A stretch of DNA of 26,726 nucleotides from Candidatus Phoenicimicrobium oleiphilum (lineage in GTDB: Bacteria; Atribacterota; Phoenicimicrobiia; Phoenicimicrobiales; Phoenicimicrobiaceae), in assembly GCA_039638295.1 (NCBI GenBank), contig JBDIWJ010000021.1, forward strand, positions 1 to 26,726, given 5' to 3'. Each line of letters starts with the position of its first letter. The stretch's first letter is position 1. Positions 1 to 11,489 of this stretch are shown in pieces. Below the pieces are notes generated by a model. That model ran no database searches, was not told where the DNA came from, and was given only the letters and a program-made list of their open reading frames with translations. Made by a program: the position numbers and the translations under genes.

Positions 1-246
1 CAATCCTTCTCTTGCTATGTATCTTATTACTAACCAAAGAAAGTATTATTAATATATAATATTTTTCTTCTAACTACCCCACTAAATTTTACACTAACGA
101 AAAATCGGTTTGTATAAGTTTAAAATTAATATATTATAAAATTATCAAGTGTTAATCGCCCATTTTTGCGGTTACCGGTTTAATTAGTAAAAGTTTTTTA
201 ACTACTGGGGGTTTAAATTTTTCATTCAAAAATTCACAAAATATCT

Positions 247-275
247 TTGCTTAATGGATTGATTTTTGTTATTAT
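247..275 (+). promoter_or_regulatory. Candidate sigma70-type promoter upstream of dnaA
   Basis: TTGCTT (247-252), 17-bp spacer, TG at 267-268 (extended -10), TATTAT (270-275). AT-rich context raises the chance of a spurious match. Confidence 0.45.
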
Positions 276-327
276 AAATACAAAACTGTTTTCGTAAAAA
301 TGAGTGATATAAATTTATTAACTTTAG

Positions 328-499
328 TTTTCCACAATTGTTAATAAACTGTTAATAACTTTCTAAAAGTCTTAAAAATTGATTGGTTAGTATTCTATAA
401 ATAAACTATTAAAAATATTTTTTCTAATAAAATTAATATTTTTTAAGGCAAAAATTCTTTTTTGACTTTTCCACAGTTGGCTGTTAACTTTGTGGATAA
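328..499. other. oriC upstream half: DnaA-box cluster
   Basis: TTTTCCACA at 328-336 and 467-475; perfect TGTGGATAA at 491-499; degenerate TGTTAATAA at 339-347 and 350-358; directly upstream of dnaA. Confidence 0.85.
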
Positions 500-622
500 T
501 CCATAAATTACTTATAAACCGTATACTTTCTTGTATAATTTATAGTTTATTTATCCTTTATTGGTCTATAAAAAAAATATAATCAAATATAAATTAATCA
601 ATTATTTAAGTGGGGTAACTAT

Positions 623-1987
623 ATGAATTTTATAGAAGACAACAACCTTTGGGATAAAATATTGCAGACCGCAAAAAGCAAACTACCTCCTCAAGCATAT
701 AACAGCTGGTTTAGTCAAACAAAAATTTTAAAATTCAAAGATAATGAGTTAATTGTTGCGGTACCCAATGATTTCTGTAAAGAATGGCTAGAAAAACATT
801 ATATCGAATTCATTAAAGACCTTTTAACCAATTTATTAAATTTAAAAGAAGATATAAATATAAAATTTAAAACATCTAACTTAAAACCTTCTAAAACCAT
901 TCAAGAGAATAAAACAAAACAAATAAAATCTAAAATTAACAATATTAATAACAATATCGAATTTTTTTTACAGCCAAAATATACATTTGATACTTTCGTG
1001 GTAGGAAATGGAAATAGGTTTGCCCATGCAGCCTGTCTTGCAGTGGCCCAATCTCCCGCAAAGGCTTATAACCCTCTTTTTGTATATGGAGGAGTGGGGT
1101 TGGGGAAAACCCATCTAATGCAGGCTATTGGTAATTACATATTACAAAATAACTTGAAGAAAAAAATAAATGTTTTATATATCTCCTCTGAAAAATTTAC
1201 TAATGAATTAATTAATTCTATCCGAGATGATCGTACTGGTTCATTTCGTAATAAATATCGCAGTGTTGATGTTTTATTAATTGATGATATACAATTTTTG
1301 GCTGGGAAAGAAAGGACCCAAGAAGAATTTTTCCATACTTTTAATACATTGTATGACTCAAATAAACAAATTGTAATTGCTAGTGATCGGCCCCCCAAAG
1401 AGATACCAACTTTAGAAGACCGTTTAATTTCCAGGTTTGAATGGGGGTTAATTACTGATATACAACCTCCTGATTTAGAAACCAGAATAGCGATTTTAAG
1501 AAAAAAGGCACAATTAGAAAATTTAGATATTCCTTCTGAAGTAATTAATTTTATTGCAGATAAAATTCCTTCTAACATAAGGCAATTAGAAGGAGCTTTA
1601 ACTAAATTAATTGCTTTCTCTACACTAACTAAAAATATTTTGTCTATACCTTTAGCCCAAGAAATATTAAAAGATATTATTCCCATAGAAAATAAAGAAA
1701 TATCGATTAACCAAATTCAAAAAATAACCGCAGATTATTTTAATATAAAACTTAGTGCCTTATTATCTAAAAAAAGAACAAAAAATATTGTAATGGCCAG
1801 ACAAGTTGCTATTTATCTTTCTCGTGAATTAACAGATTTTTCTTTACCCGCAATTGGTGAAATATTTGGAGGAAAAGATCATACTACTATTCTTCATTCA
1901 TATAGTAAAATTAAGAATAAAATTGAAAAAGATAAGAGTTTAAAATCTGTTATAGAAAACTTAACCCTTAAAATTAAAAATGAGTAA
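623..1987 (+). CDS. dnaA: Chromosomal replication initiator DnaA
   Basis: YTFDTFVVG, YNPLFVYGGVGLGKTHL (Walker A), LLIDDIQF (Walker B), QEEFFHTFN, C-terminal IGEIFGGKDHTTILHS DnaA-box-binding motif. Confidence 0.99.
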   Translation: MNFIEDNNLWDKILQTAKSKLPPQAYNSWFSQTKILKFKDNELIVAVPNDFCKEWLEKHYIEFIKDLLTNLLNLKEDINIKFKTSNLKPSKTIQENKTKQIKSKINNINNNIEFFLQPKYTFDTFVVGNGNRFAHAACLAVAQSPAKAYNPLFVYGGVGLGKTHLMQAIGNYILQNNLKKKINVLYISSEKFTNELINSIRDDRTGSFRNKYRSVDVLLIDDIQFLAGKERTQEEFFHTFNTLYDSNKQIVIASDRPPKEIPTLEDRLISRFEWGLITDIQPPDLETRIAILRKKAQLENLDIPSEVINFIADKIPSNIRQLEGALTKLIAFSTLTKNILSIPLAQEILKDIIPIENKEISINQIQKITADYFNIKLSALLSKKRTKNIVMARQVAIYLSRELTDFSLPAIGEIFGGKDHTTILHSYSKIKNKIEKDKSLKSVIENLTLKIKNE

Positions 1988-1988
1988 T

Positions 1989-2200
1989 TGTTAATTTATT
2001 GTTAATAACTTCTTAACAAAGGTTAATTTATTTTTGTTTGCCTTGTATTAAAATATAATATTGGGGAATAGGTTAATATATTTAAAATTTATCCTTATCT
2101 TTTTCCCCAGCTTTTTTTAAAATAAAACATATAGTTTCTTCTGTTTTCCACAATTTTAACATAGTCTACTACTATTAATACTATTTTTATTTATTAAATT
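1989..2200. other. oriC downstream half: DnaA boxes, DnaA-trios and AT-rich unwinding element
   Basis: Boxes TGTTAATAA 2000-2008, TTCTTAACA 2010-2018, TTTTCCCCA 2101-2109, TTTTCCACA 2144-2152 with adjacent ATTTTAACA 2153-2161; trio run CTA CTA CTA TTA ATA CTA 2166-2183; then an all-AT tract. Confidence 0.85.
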
Positions 2201-2229
2201 ATAAGAAATAAGTAAAAGGAGATAATAAA

Positions 2230-3414
2230 ATGAAATTTATTTGTTCACAAGAAAGTTTACTTCATGGTATCCAAATAGTTCAAAAAGGAATATCTACTAA
2301 AATTGGATTACCTATCTATAATGGAATACTCTTTGAGGTAAGTAATGACAATAAAATACATTTATTTGCAACCGATTTGGAAATCGGAATAGATTATTAT
2401 ATACCCGCTCAGGTAATAGAAAGTGGGTCCGTTGTAATACCAAATAAAATAATTGGTGAATTGATTAGAAAATTTCCCGAAGGAAATATAGAAATTGAGA
2501 GTTTGGAAAACAACAATATTATTATTAGGGAAAATAATGCAACCTATAAAATTTTAGGTTTTTCAGGGGAAGAATTTTCTAATTTTCCTGAAATTAAAAT
2601 AAAATCCAAAATCAAAATAAAACAGAAGATATTTAAAGAAACAATATATCAGACTATTTTTGCAACTTCTAAAGACGAAAGCGGATCTTTTTTGAGCGGG
2701 GTCTTATTTAAAATAATAAATAATAAAATAGAAGTAGTTGCCACAGATAGTCATAGACTCTCTTATAAGAATATTCAAGGGATAAAACCTGTACCCGGGG
2801 AAACAAATATAGAGAAAAACTCCACTGATGAGATAGAGATTATTATACCATATAGGGCTTTATCAGAATTATACAAATTATTATCCGACGACGAAGATGT
2901 ATTTACAGAAATAAGAGTTGGAGAAAGACAGATAATGTTTATTTTATACCCAGATGGTCGTAATAATATAAGACTATACTCAAGATTAATAGAAGGGCAA
3001 TTCCCTAACTATCATCAAATTATCCCAAATTCCTTTAAAACAGAAATAAAAGTGAATAACGATGATTTTAGAGATAAGATGGAAAGGATTTCTTTATTTG
3101 TAAGAGAAGATTTAAATATAGTAAAGATGGAAGCCATTAATAAAAAAGAGAATAGTAAAATTAAAGAAAGGTGTGAAATAATCCTAAAAGCAGAAAGCCC
3201 TAGTATTGGAGAAGCCTTAGAGAGAATACCTTGTTTTAAAAAGGGAGAAGACATTATAATAACCTTTAATTCTAAATATATTTTAGATGTTATAAGGGTA
3301 ATAAAGGCAGATAATATTTTAATAAAATTAAATGATCCTTTAAGTCCAGCAATTATTACCCCCGACAAAGACAAAAGCTACATTCATATTATAATGCCGG
3401 TAAGAACAGATTAA
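2230..3414 (+). CDS. dnaN: DNA polymerase III beta sliding clamp
   Basis: ATDLEIGI, VVATDSHRLS, SRLIEGQFPNY, FNSKYILD and terminal IIMPVR motifs; follows dnaA; SD AAGGAG. Confidence 0.98.
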   Translation: MKFICSQESLLHGIQIVQKGISTKIGLPIYNGILFEVSNDNKIHLFATDLEIGIDYYIPAQVIESGSVVIPNKIIGELIRKFPEGNIEIESLENNNIIIRENNATYKILGFSGEEFSNFPEIKIKSKIKIKQKIFKETIYQTIFATSKDESGSFLSGVLFKIINNKIEVVATDSHRLSYKNIQGIKPVPGETNIEKNSTDEIEIIIPYRALSELYKLLSDDEDVFTEIRVGERQIMFILYPDGRNNIRLYSRLIEGQFPNYHQIIPNSFKTEIKVNNDDFRDKMERISLFVREDLNIVKMEAINKKENSKIKERCEIILKAESPSIGEALERIPCFKKGEDIIITFNSKYILDVIRVIKADNILIKLNDPLSPAIITPDKDKSYIHIIMPVRTD

Positions 3415-3461
3415 TTAATATTATTACATAAGTATAACCCAAAAAGTAAACGAAATGTTAA

Positions 3462-3540
3462 TGTAGGAGCACGATGCATCATACCCTCAGGAGAAATTAG
3501 ACAATAATATGTCAATGGCACAATTTATTGTGTTCCTACA
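3462..3540. repeat. GTAG-type REP doublet (REPIN-like)
   Basis: TGTAGGAGCAC (3462-3472) and GTGTTCCTACA (3530-3540) form an inverted repeat with 1 mismatch. Each arm carries its own hairpin (GCACGATGCATCATAC, degenerate; GGCACAAT-TT-ATTGTGTT). Confidence 0.65.
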
Positions 3541-3708
3541 ACATAATTATGCCCAAAAAATCATAATTTGCCATAAAATTGTCTGCAATGTACCATATAC
3601 ATAACCTGCTGAATTTATTTTTGGTTTTTTGGGAAATAACCATTACATTAAAGGGAAATATTAAAAATCGGAAATAAAATAATTGTAAAAATAGAATAGG
3701 AAGAGAAA

Positions 3709-4851
3709 TTGTATTTTACCAAGATAAGACTGATAAATTATAGGAATTTCTTAAATATTTCTATAGACTTTGATTCTAATCTTAATATATTTATTGGAGA
3801 TAATGCTCAAGGGAAGACCAATATACTTGAAGCGATGACTATGCTTGTCCGTGGATCCTCTTATAAGACAAACAATGACAAACAATTAATAAATTGGGAC
3901 AATAATGTTTCTTGTCTTTTTGGGGAAATTAATAAAAATGACGAAAGTTTTGAAGTAAATATATCTTTAGAGAAAAATGTTGAAAGTTTCAATAAAATAA
4001 AATTAACCAAAGTTATTAAAATAAATCAAAATATACAGAAGAAGTCTATTTTAAATAAAGAATTTAAGGGGGTGGTGTTTTCTCCCGAACATTTACAGAT
4101 TATAAAGGGTTCTCCTTCTTTGAGAAGAAGATTCTTGGACGAACAGATATCTCAGATTTATCCTTTATATCAAAGGTATCTATCAGGGTATAATAGGATT
4201 TTGGGGCATCGTAATAATATATTAAGAAGAGGCGATAATAGAAGAGAAGTAAGAGAAAATCTTTTAATTTGGGATCCTCAGATTATTAAGCGAGGGTCTT
4301 TTTTGATTTTAACCAGAAGCAGATTTTTAAAGAAGATGAACTATCTAGCAAATAAGTTCTATCAAGAGATTACTAAAGGAAAAGAAAATTTGAAATTATC
4401 ATACCAGAACAATGTAATTGAAAATTTAAAAGAGGAAGAAATATCTTTAATTAACAAGGCATTTAAAGATAAGATTGAGAGATATAAAAAAAAAGAGATA
4501 GATTATAAAACAACCTTATATGGCCCACACAGAGACGATTTTTTAGTATTTGTTAATAATGCCAATGTCGCCTTTTACGGTTCACAGGGGCAGCAAAGGA
4601 CTTCTATACTTTCTTTAAAATTGGGAGAATTAGATTTAATTAAGGAGAGAGAAGGGGTGTATCCTATATTGCTACTTGATGACGTTATGTCGGAATTAGA
4701 TGAAGAAAGAAGACATTTTTTGTTAGAGCTAATTATCAACAAAAAGGTGCAGACTTTTATTACCAGTATAAATTTAAATTACTTTAATAATGATATTATG
4801 AAAAAGGGCAAGATTTTTAAAGTAGAAGGGGGGAAGGTGTCTGTTTTATGA
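3709..4851 (+). CDS. recF: DNA replication and repair protein RecF
   Basis: NYRN, GDNAQGKTNILEA, GPHRDD, GSQGQQR, LLLDDVMSELD motifs; TTG start. Confidence 0.98.
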   Translation: MYFTKIRLINYRNFLNISIDFDSNLNIFIGDNAQGKTNILEAMTMLVRGSSYKTNNDKQLINWDNNVSCLFGEINKNDESFEVNISLEKNVESFNKIKLTKVIKINQNIQKKSILNKEFKGVVFSPEHLQIIKGSPSLRRRFLDEQISQIYPLYQRYLSGYNRILGHRNNILRRGDNRREVRENLLIWDPQIIKRGSFLILTRSRFLKKMNYLANKFYQEITKGKENLKLSYQNNVIENLKEEEISLINKAFKDKIERYKKKEIDYKTTLYGPHRDDFLVFVNNANVAFYGSQGQQRTSILSLKLGELDLIKEREGVYPILLLDDVMSELDEERRHFLLELIINKKVQTFITSINLNYFNNDIMKKGKIFKVEGGKVSVL

Positions 4852-5165
4852 AAAGAAGAGATATGATCTCCTTTAAAGAAGCCTTAGAAGATTATTTTAA
4901 AGAAAAAAGATGGGATAAAAAGATAAGGGGATATCAAGTAATTAATCATTGGGAAGAGGTGGTAGGGGAGGAGATTGCCCAAAATACCCAACCAATTAAG
5001 ATACAAGGCCAGATTCTCTTTTTAAGGGTTAAAAGTAGTGTTTGGGCCAATGAATTGAATTTAAGAAAAGGGGAAATTATTGATAAAATAAACCTTAAAA
5101 CAAAAGAACAAACAGTATCTGATCTCCGATTTAAAGTTCAACCGTCACATTTTAATAGCAATTAA
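4848..5165 (+). CDS. DUF721-domain protein (DciA-like helicase-operating protein)
   Basis: WEEVVGEEIAQNTQP...LFLRVKSSVWANEL...I.KIN pattern typical of DUF721; ATGA overlap with recF; conserved recF-DUF721-gyrB position. Confidence 0.85.
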   Translation: MKRRDMISFKEALEDYFKEKRWDKKIRGYQVINHWEEVVGEEIAQNTQPIKIQGQILFLRVKSSVWANELNLRKGEIIDKINLKTKEQTVSDLRFKVQPSHFNSN

Positions 5166-5227
5166 ATAGTCCTTCATAAATAAAAATCTTAAACAAAAAT
5201 TCTGTAAAACGCACAACCCCCAAAATT

Positions 5228-5256
5228 TTGACAAAAGGCTTATAATATAGTATTAT
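5228..5256 (+). promoter_or_regulatory. gyrB promoter
   Basis: TTGACA (5228-5233), 17-bp spacer, TATTAT (5251-5256). Confidence 0.65.
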
Positions 5257-5376
5257 TAATTAGATTAATTTTTTAGAATAGAAAATTTTATTACAAATAT
5301 AGAATAATTTGTATATAAGAAAATAAAAGACTGAGACCGTGGCTAAAAGCTGCGGTTTCATTGTGATTGGAGTTAA

Positions 5377-7329
<1,953 letters not shown>

Positions 7330-7364
7330 ATCGTATATTATACTCTAACATATAGTATATTTAT

Positions 7365-7510
7365 TTAATTGGTTAATTAGTTGCCTGGTTAGTTAGTTGG
7401 TGAACTGATATTAAGCCAGCTAACCAGAGCTAATCAAGTAACAAGAGAACTAAATTCATTGACAGGTGAGAAACATTTCCTGCCAACGGCTAACGACTAT
7501 TCACTATTGA
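7365..7510. repeat. Imperfect 8-mer and 7-mer tandem repeat arrays in the gyrB-gyrA spacer
   Basis: TTAATTGG TTAATTAG TTGCCTGG TTAGTTAG (7365-7396); complementary-type CCAGCTAA CCAGAGCTAA TCAAGTAA CAAGAGAA (7416-7449); heptamers CCAACGG CTAACGA CTATTCA CTATTGA (7483-7510). Confidence 0.65.
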
Positions 7511-7537
7511 ATAGTTTGATTGGAGAATTTTAATATA

Positions 7538-10500
7538 ATGAAAGATAAAGAGAATAAAGATTTGAAGAAAGAAAAAGAAAAAATAACTATAAAGAATAAA
7601 GAATTGCTTACAGATATTGGAGAGGAAGTAAAAGACGCCTATCTTAGTTATGCTATGAGTGTGATAATTGGTCGAGCCTTACCTGATGCCCGTGATGGTT
7701 TAAAGCCAGTTCATCGTCGTGTCTTATATGCGATGAGCAAGCTGGGCAATACTTCTGATAAACCTTATAAGAAATCTGCTCGAATTGTAGGAGAAACCTT
7801 AGGTAAATATCATCCCCATGGAGATACTGCTGTATATGATACTATTGTTAGAATGGCTCAAGATTTTTCCTGTCGTTATCCTCTAATTGATGGGCAGGGT
7901 AATTTTGGCTCGGTTGATGGTGACGCCGCTGCAGCGATGAGATATTGTGTAACTGGTGATACCTTACTTTTAAGTGATAAGGGCATTATTCCAATTGGAG
8001 AAATTTCTAATGAGAAGGAATGTGACATAGACTTAAAAATCTTGAATTATGAAGGCAAAAAAAAGAAAGCAGTTAAATTTTTCAATTCAGGTAAGCACAA
8101 GACCATAAAAATTACCACCGAACAAGGATATGAATTAAGAGGAACTTATAACCATCCTGTTCTCTGTTGGGAAGTCAATAAATTTGGTGTACCTGGTTTC
8201 ACCTGGAAGTTATTAGAAGACATAAATAAGAATGATTATGTTTTATTAAGTCGAGAGCCATCCCTATTTAGTTCAAAAGATCTGGATTTAACTAAGTACA
8301 TACCCAACAATAAAAGATATAAAGATGTCGAGCTTCCTCGTAAAATGAATAAAAGCCTTGCCTTTTTGTTAGGGGCCATAGTTTCCGAAGGGTCGTTTCA
8401 TCAGAAGCAGATATCATTTAATAATAAAGACCTTGATTTCTATAACAAAATAAAAAATATTATTAAAGAACAGTTTAAAGGAATTAAACTTTATGAAAGA
8501 GAGATAAAGGGTGATTGTCGAGAAATAAGTATCTATCAACAACAAGTGGTTGAGTTTTTGAAGAATATTGGTTTAGAAGATACTACTTCAGAGAATAAAA
8601 TCATTCCTTTTAGCGTGTTATTGTCCAGAAAAGACACAGTTCGGGAATATTTAAAGGGACTTTTTGAGGGTGATGGTTCAATTGTGGTACATAAAGATAA
8701 AAGACATAGGGGGAGGGTTATAGAGCTTGTTTATAATTCCAAAAGTCAGGAATTAATAAGACAGTTAAAAATTTTGCTACTAAACTTTGGAATAGTTACT
8801 ACTTTTCCTTATAAAGATAAAAGATCTGATTGTTACAAACTGCTGATATCAGGAGTTGAAAACATTAAGAGATTTAAAGAAGAAATTGGTTTTTTCTCCT
8901 CAAAAAAACAAGCACGCCTTTTAGAGATTGATAGCATTAACGGTAACAGGATGAGCAAAACCGATTACATCCCCTTCTTAAGTGCATATCTCAGAAAAAA
9001 TTATAAAAATGAATTTATAAAGAAGCACAATTTTGACCGTTACAATAATCTGAGAAGATATAAAGATGAGTTAGGGGGATATCTCCAGGGAACGGATAAA
9101 AATTTAATTGAATGGCTATTAGAACATAATATTTTCTTTAATAAGATAAAAAATGTTGAAAAATTAAGAGAGGAAGATGTTTATTCGATCAGAGTAGATA
9201 GTAAATGCCACTCATTTGTAGCCAATGGATTTATTAATCACAATACAGAAATTCGTATGTCAAAGATTGCGGAGGAATTGCTAGCTGATATAAATAAAGA
9301 AACAGTCAACTTTACCCCTAATTTCGATGGTTCCCTAGAAGAGCCTGAAGTATTGCCCAGCAAAATTCCCAATCTCTTAATCAATGGTACTTCCGGGATT
9401 GCTGTGGGGATGGCAACCAATATTCCTCCTCATAACCTTAAAGAGATAATTGATGGAATTGCTTTAATGATTGATGACCCTGAGGTTAGTGTGGATAAAT
9501 TAATGAGTGTGGTCAAAGGACCTGACTTTCCTACCGGTGGAATAATCTGTGGCACCGAGGGGATAAGAAGTGCCTATAGGGCTGGAAAAGGAACTATAAA
9601 ATTACAGGCCCAAGTGTTTACTGAGGGATTAACCGGAGACAATAAAGGGGAGAGGAGCAATCCTCGCTTAATAATAAAGGAGCTTCCTTATCAGGTGAAC
9701 AAAGCTAATTTAGTTGAGGAGATTGCTAATTTAGTTCAGGATAAGAAAATCCCCGAGATAACCAGTTTAAGGGACGAGTCAGACAGAAATGGGATGCGGG
9801 TAGTTATTGAGCTAAAAAAGAATTCCAATGTTGATATAGTTTTAAACAATTTATACAAACATACTAAGATGAGGATCTCCTTTGGAATTAACCTTTTAGC
9901 TATAGACCATGGTCGTCCCCGAATCTTAAACTTAAGAGAAATAATCAAGTGTTTTTTAGACCATCGTAAAGATGTGGTAGAAAAGAGAACAAGGTATGAC
10001 CTAAGGAAAGCTAAAGAGAGGGCCCACATCTTAGAAGGTTTAAAAATTGCTTTATCTAATATTGATGAAGTGGTCCAAATTATTAAAAAATCTAAAAATG
10101 TTAATATAGCTCATAGTAAACTTAAAAGCAGGTTTGGATTGAGCGATATTCAAGCTCAGGCCATCTTAGATATGAAGCTACAGAGGCTTACTTCTCTGGA
10201 GACCGAAAAGATTTTAGAAGAATATTTAGAATTAATAAAACGTATCGCCTATTTAGAAGATATATTACAAAATGAAAAAAAGATGATGTTGCTTATAAAA
10301 GAGGAACTTTTAGATTTAAAAGAAAAATATGGTGATGAACGGAGGACTATGATTATTGAAGATGTGGGAGAACATAACATAGAGGACTTTATTGCCGAGG
10401 AGGATATTGTAATAACCTATACTCAGGATGGATATCTAAAACGCCTTCCCTTAAGTACTTATAGAAGTCAGAGAAGAGGAGGTAAGGGGAAAATTGGAAT

Positions 10501-11374
10501 GACTACCAAGACAGAGGATTTTGTAGATCAATTGTTTGTTACTACCAATCTTCATGATATATTATTTTTCACCAATAAAGGTAATGTCTACAAAAGAAGG
10601 GCCTATCAGATACCTGAAGGAGGGAGGACCTCCCGAGGGGTTGCCATTGTTAATTTATTGGGCATTGATAAAGAAGAACATATTACTACTCTTATTCCAA
10701 TAAAGAGTAATGAATTGGAAGAATCGAAAGAGAACAAAGAAAACAATGAAAAATATCTTTTTATGGCTACCAAAAAAGGAAAGATAAAGAAAGTTCCTCT
10801 TTCAAGTTTTTCTAATCTAAGAAATGTAGGGATAATTGCCCTTCGTCTTCTTCCAGAAGATGAATTAGTTGGAGTAAGGCTTGCTGAGAACCAGGAAGAT
10901 GTTGTTTTAACTTCCAGATTGGGGAGATCTATTCGTTTCTCTGGGAACTTGATAAGGTCTATGGGAAGAAGTGCTCTCGGGGTAAAGGGAATGATTTTTA
11001 GCTCTCAAGATTACCTTATAAATATTAATTTGGTTGAACCAGATTCAGAAAAAGATTTATTATTAATTACTGAAGGAGGGTATGCCAAAAGAACTTCTTT
11101 GAAAGAGTTTAGAAGATTTAAAAGACAGGGAAGCCGAGGGATGATGTCTATTAAATTAACCAAAGAAAAGGGTGAAGTGATAGCTGTCAAAGTTGTGGAT
11201 GAGGGAGACGAGATAGTATTAATCAGCCAGCAGGGGATTGTTATCCGAGTTCCAGTTGAAGAAATTCATAAGACTGGGAGATATTCTCAGGGAGTTAAAG
11301 TAATGAACCTTGCTCCAGAAGATAAAGTAGCCAGCGTTGCTCTTATATCTAGTGAAAGAGCTGATCTGAATTAA
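7538..11374 (+). CDS. gyrA: DNA gyrase subunit A precursor (intein-containing)
   Basis: [53 protein letters not shown], GyrA-box QRRGGKG and C-terminal beta-pinwheel repeats. ATG at 7538 is preferred over TTG at 7520 because GGAGA (7522-7526) precedes it. Confidence 0.97.
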   Translation: MKDKENKDLKKEKEKITIKNKELLTDIGEEVKDAYLSYAMSVIIGRALPDARDGLKPVHRRVLYAMSKLGNTSDKPYKKSARIVGETLGKYHPHGDTAVYDTIVRMAQDFSCRYPLIDGQGNFGSVDGDAAAAMRYCVTGDTLLLSDKGIIPIGEISNEKECDIDLKILNYEGKKKKAVKFFNSGKHKTIKITTEQGYELRGTYNHPVLCWEVNKFGVPGFTWKLLEDINKNDYVLLSREPSLFSSKDLDLTKYIPNNKRYKDVELPRKMNKSLAFLLGAIVSEGSFHQKQISFNNKDLDFYNKIKNIIKEQFKGIKLYEREIKGDCREISIYQQQVVEFLKNIGLEDTTSENKIIPFSVLLSRKDTVREYLKGLFEGDGSIVVHKDKRHRGRVIELVYNSKSQELIRQLKILLLNFGIVTTFPYKDKRSDCYKLLISGVENIKRFKEEIGFFSSKKQARLLEIDSINGNRMSKTDYIPFLSAYLRKNYKNEFIKKHNFDRYNNLRRYKDELGGYLQGTDKNLIEWLLEHNIFFNKIKNVEKLREEDVYSIRVDSKCHSFVANGFINHNTEIRMSKIAEELLADINKETVNFTPNFDGSLEEPEVLPSKIPNLLINGTSGIAVGMATNIPPHNLKEIIDGIALMIDDPEVSVDKLMSVVKGPDFPTGGIICGTEGIRSAYRAGKGTIKLQAQVFTEGLTGDNKGERSNPRLIIKELPYQVNKANLVEEIANLVQDKKIPEITSLRDESDRNGMRVVIELKKNSNVDIVLNNLYKHTKMRISFGINLLAIDHGRPRILNLREIIKCFLDHRKDVVEKRTRYDLRKAKERAHILEGLKIALSNIDEVVQIIKKSKNVNIAHSKLKSRFGLSDIQAQAILDMKLQRLTSLETEKILEEYLELIKRIAYLEDILQNEKKMMLLIKEELLDLKEKYGDERRTMIIEDVGEHNIEDFIAEEDIVITYTQDGYLKRLPLSTYRSQRRGGKGKIGMTTKTEDFVDQLFVTTNLHDILFFTNKGNVYKRRAYQIPEGGRTSRGVAIVNLLGIDKEEHITTLIPIKSNELEESKENKENNEKYLFMATKKGKIKKVPLSSFSNLRNVGIIALRLLPEDELVGVRLAENQEDVVLTSRLGRSIRFSGNLIRSMGRSALGVKGMIFSSQDYLININLVEPDSEKDLLLITEGGYAKRTSLKEFRRFKRQGSRGMMSIKLTKEKGEVIAVKVVDEGDEIVLISQQGIVIRVPVEEIHKTGRYSQGVKVMNLAPEDKVASVALISSERADLN
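7946..9244 (+). mobile_element. GyrA intein (433 aa) with LAGLIDADG homing endonuclease
   Basis: Junctions [11 protein letters not shown] and [12 protein letters not shown]; block B GTYNHPVL (TxxH); LAGLIDADG-like helices [13 protein letters not shown] and [11 protein letters not shown]; removal restores AAMRYTE. Confidence 0.97.
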
Positions 11375-11442
11375 GGTTAAGTGAGAAAAATTAGGAGTTT
11401 AATTTGTAAATATATAATCCAGGAAATAACTGTTGTAAAATT

Positions 11443-11471
11443 TTGACAAAATAGGTTTAGAGTGTTAGAAT
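11443..11471 (+). promoter_or_regulatory. Promoter of the T-box/hom operon
   Basis: TTGACA (11443-11448), 17-bp spacer, TG at 11463-11464, TAGAAT (11466-11471); just upstream of the T-box leader. Confidence 0.8.
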
Positions 11472-11489
11472 TGAGTAAATTTAATAAAG

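Noticed and set aside
1..240. rpmH expected divergent from dnaA
   Set aside because: No L34-like ORF (MKRT.QP) in the window; only an SD-like AGAAGGA on the minus strand at the very edge, so any such gene starts outside.
1135..1686. 183-aa minus-strand ORF
   Set aside because: Antisense shadow of dnaA with no recognisable motifs. The same applies to the antisense ORFs within dnaN, gyrB, gyrA, hom, thrB, lysC, GNAT, aglA, the transposase and the TRAP genes.
2770..3180. Charged insertions in DnaN (and similar ones in GyrA) as mini-inteins or coding repeats
   Set aside because: Only about 10-15 aa, with no splice motifs or DNA palindromes; likely surface loops.
7365..7510. CRISPR array
   Set aside because: Units are 7-8 bp, contiguous and imperfect, with no spacers; there are no cas genes in the window.
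7520..7537. TTG start for gyrA given by the ORF track
   Set aside because: No SD upstream; GGAGA lies inside this stretch and better serves the ATG at 7538.
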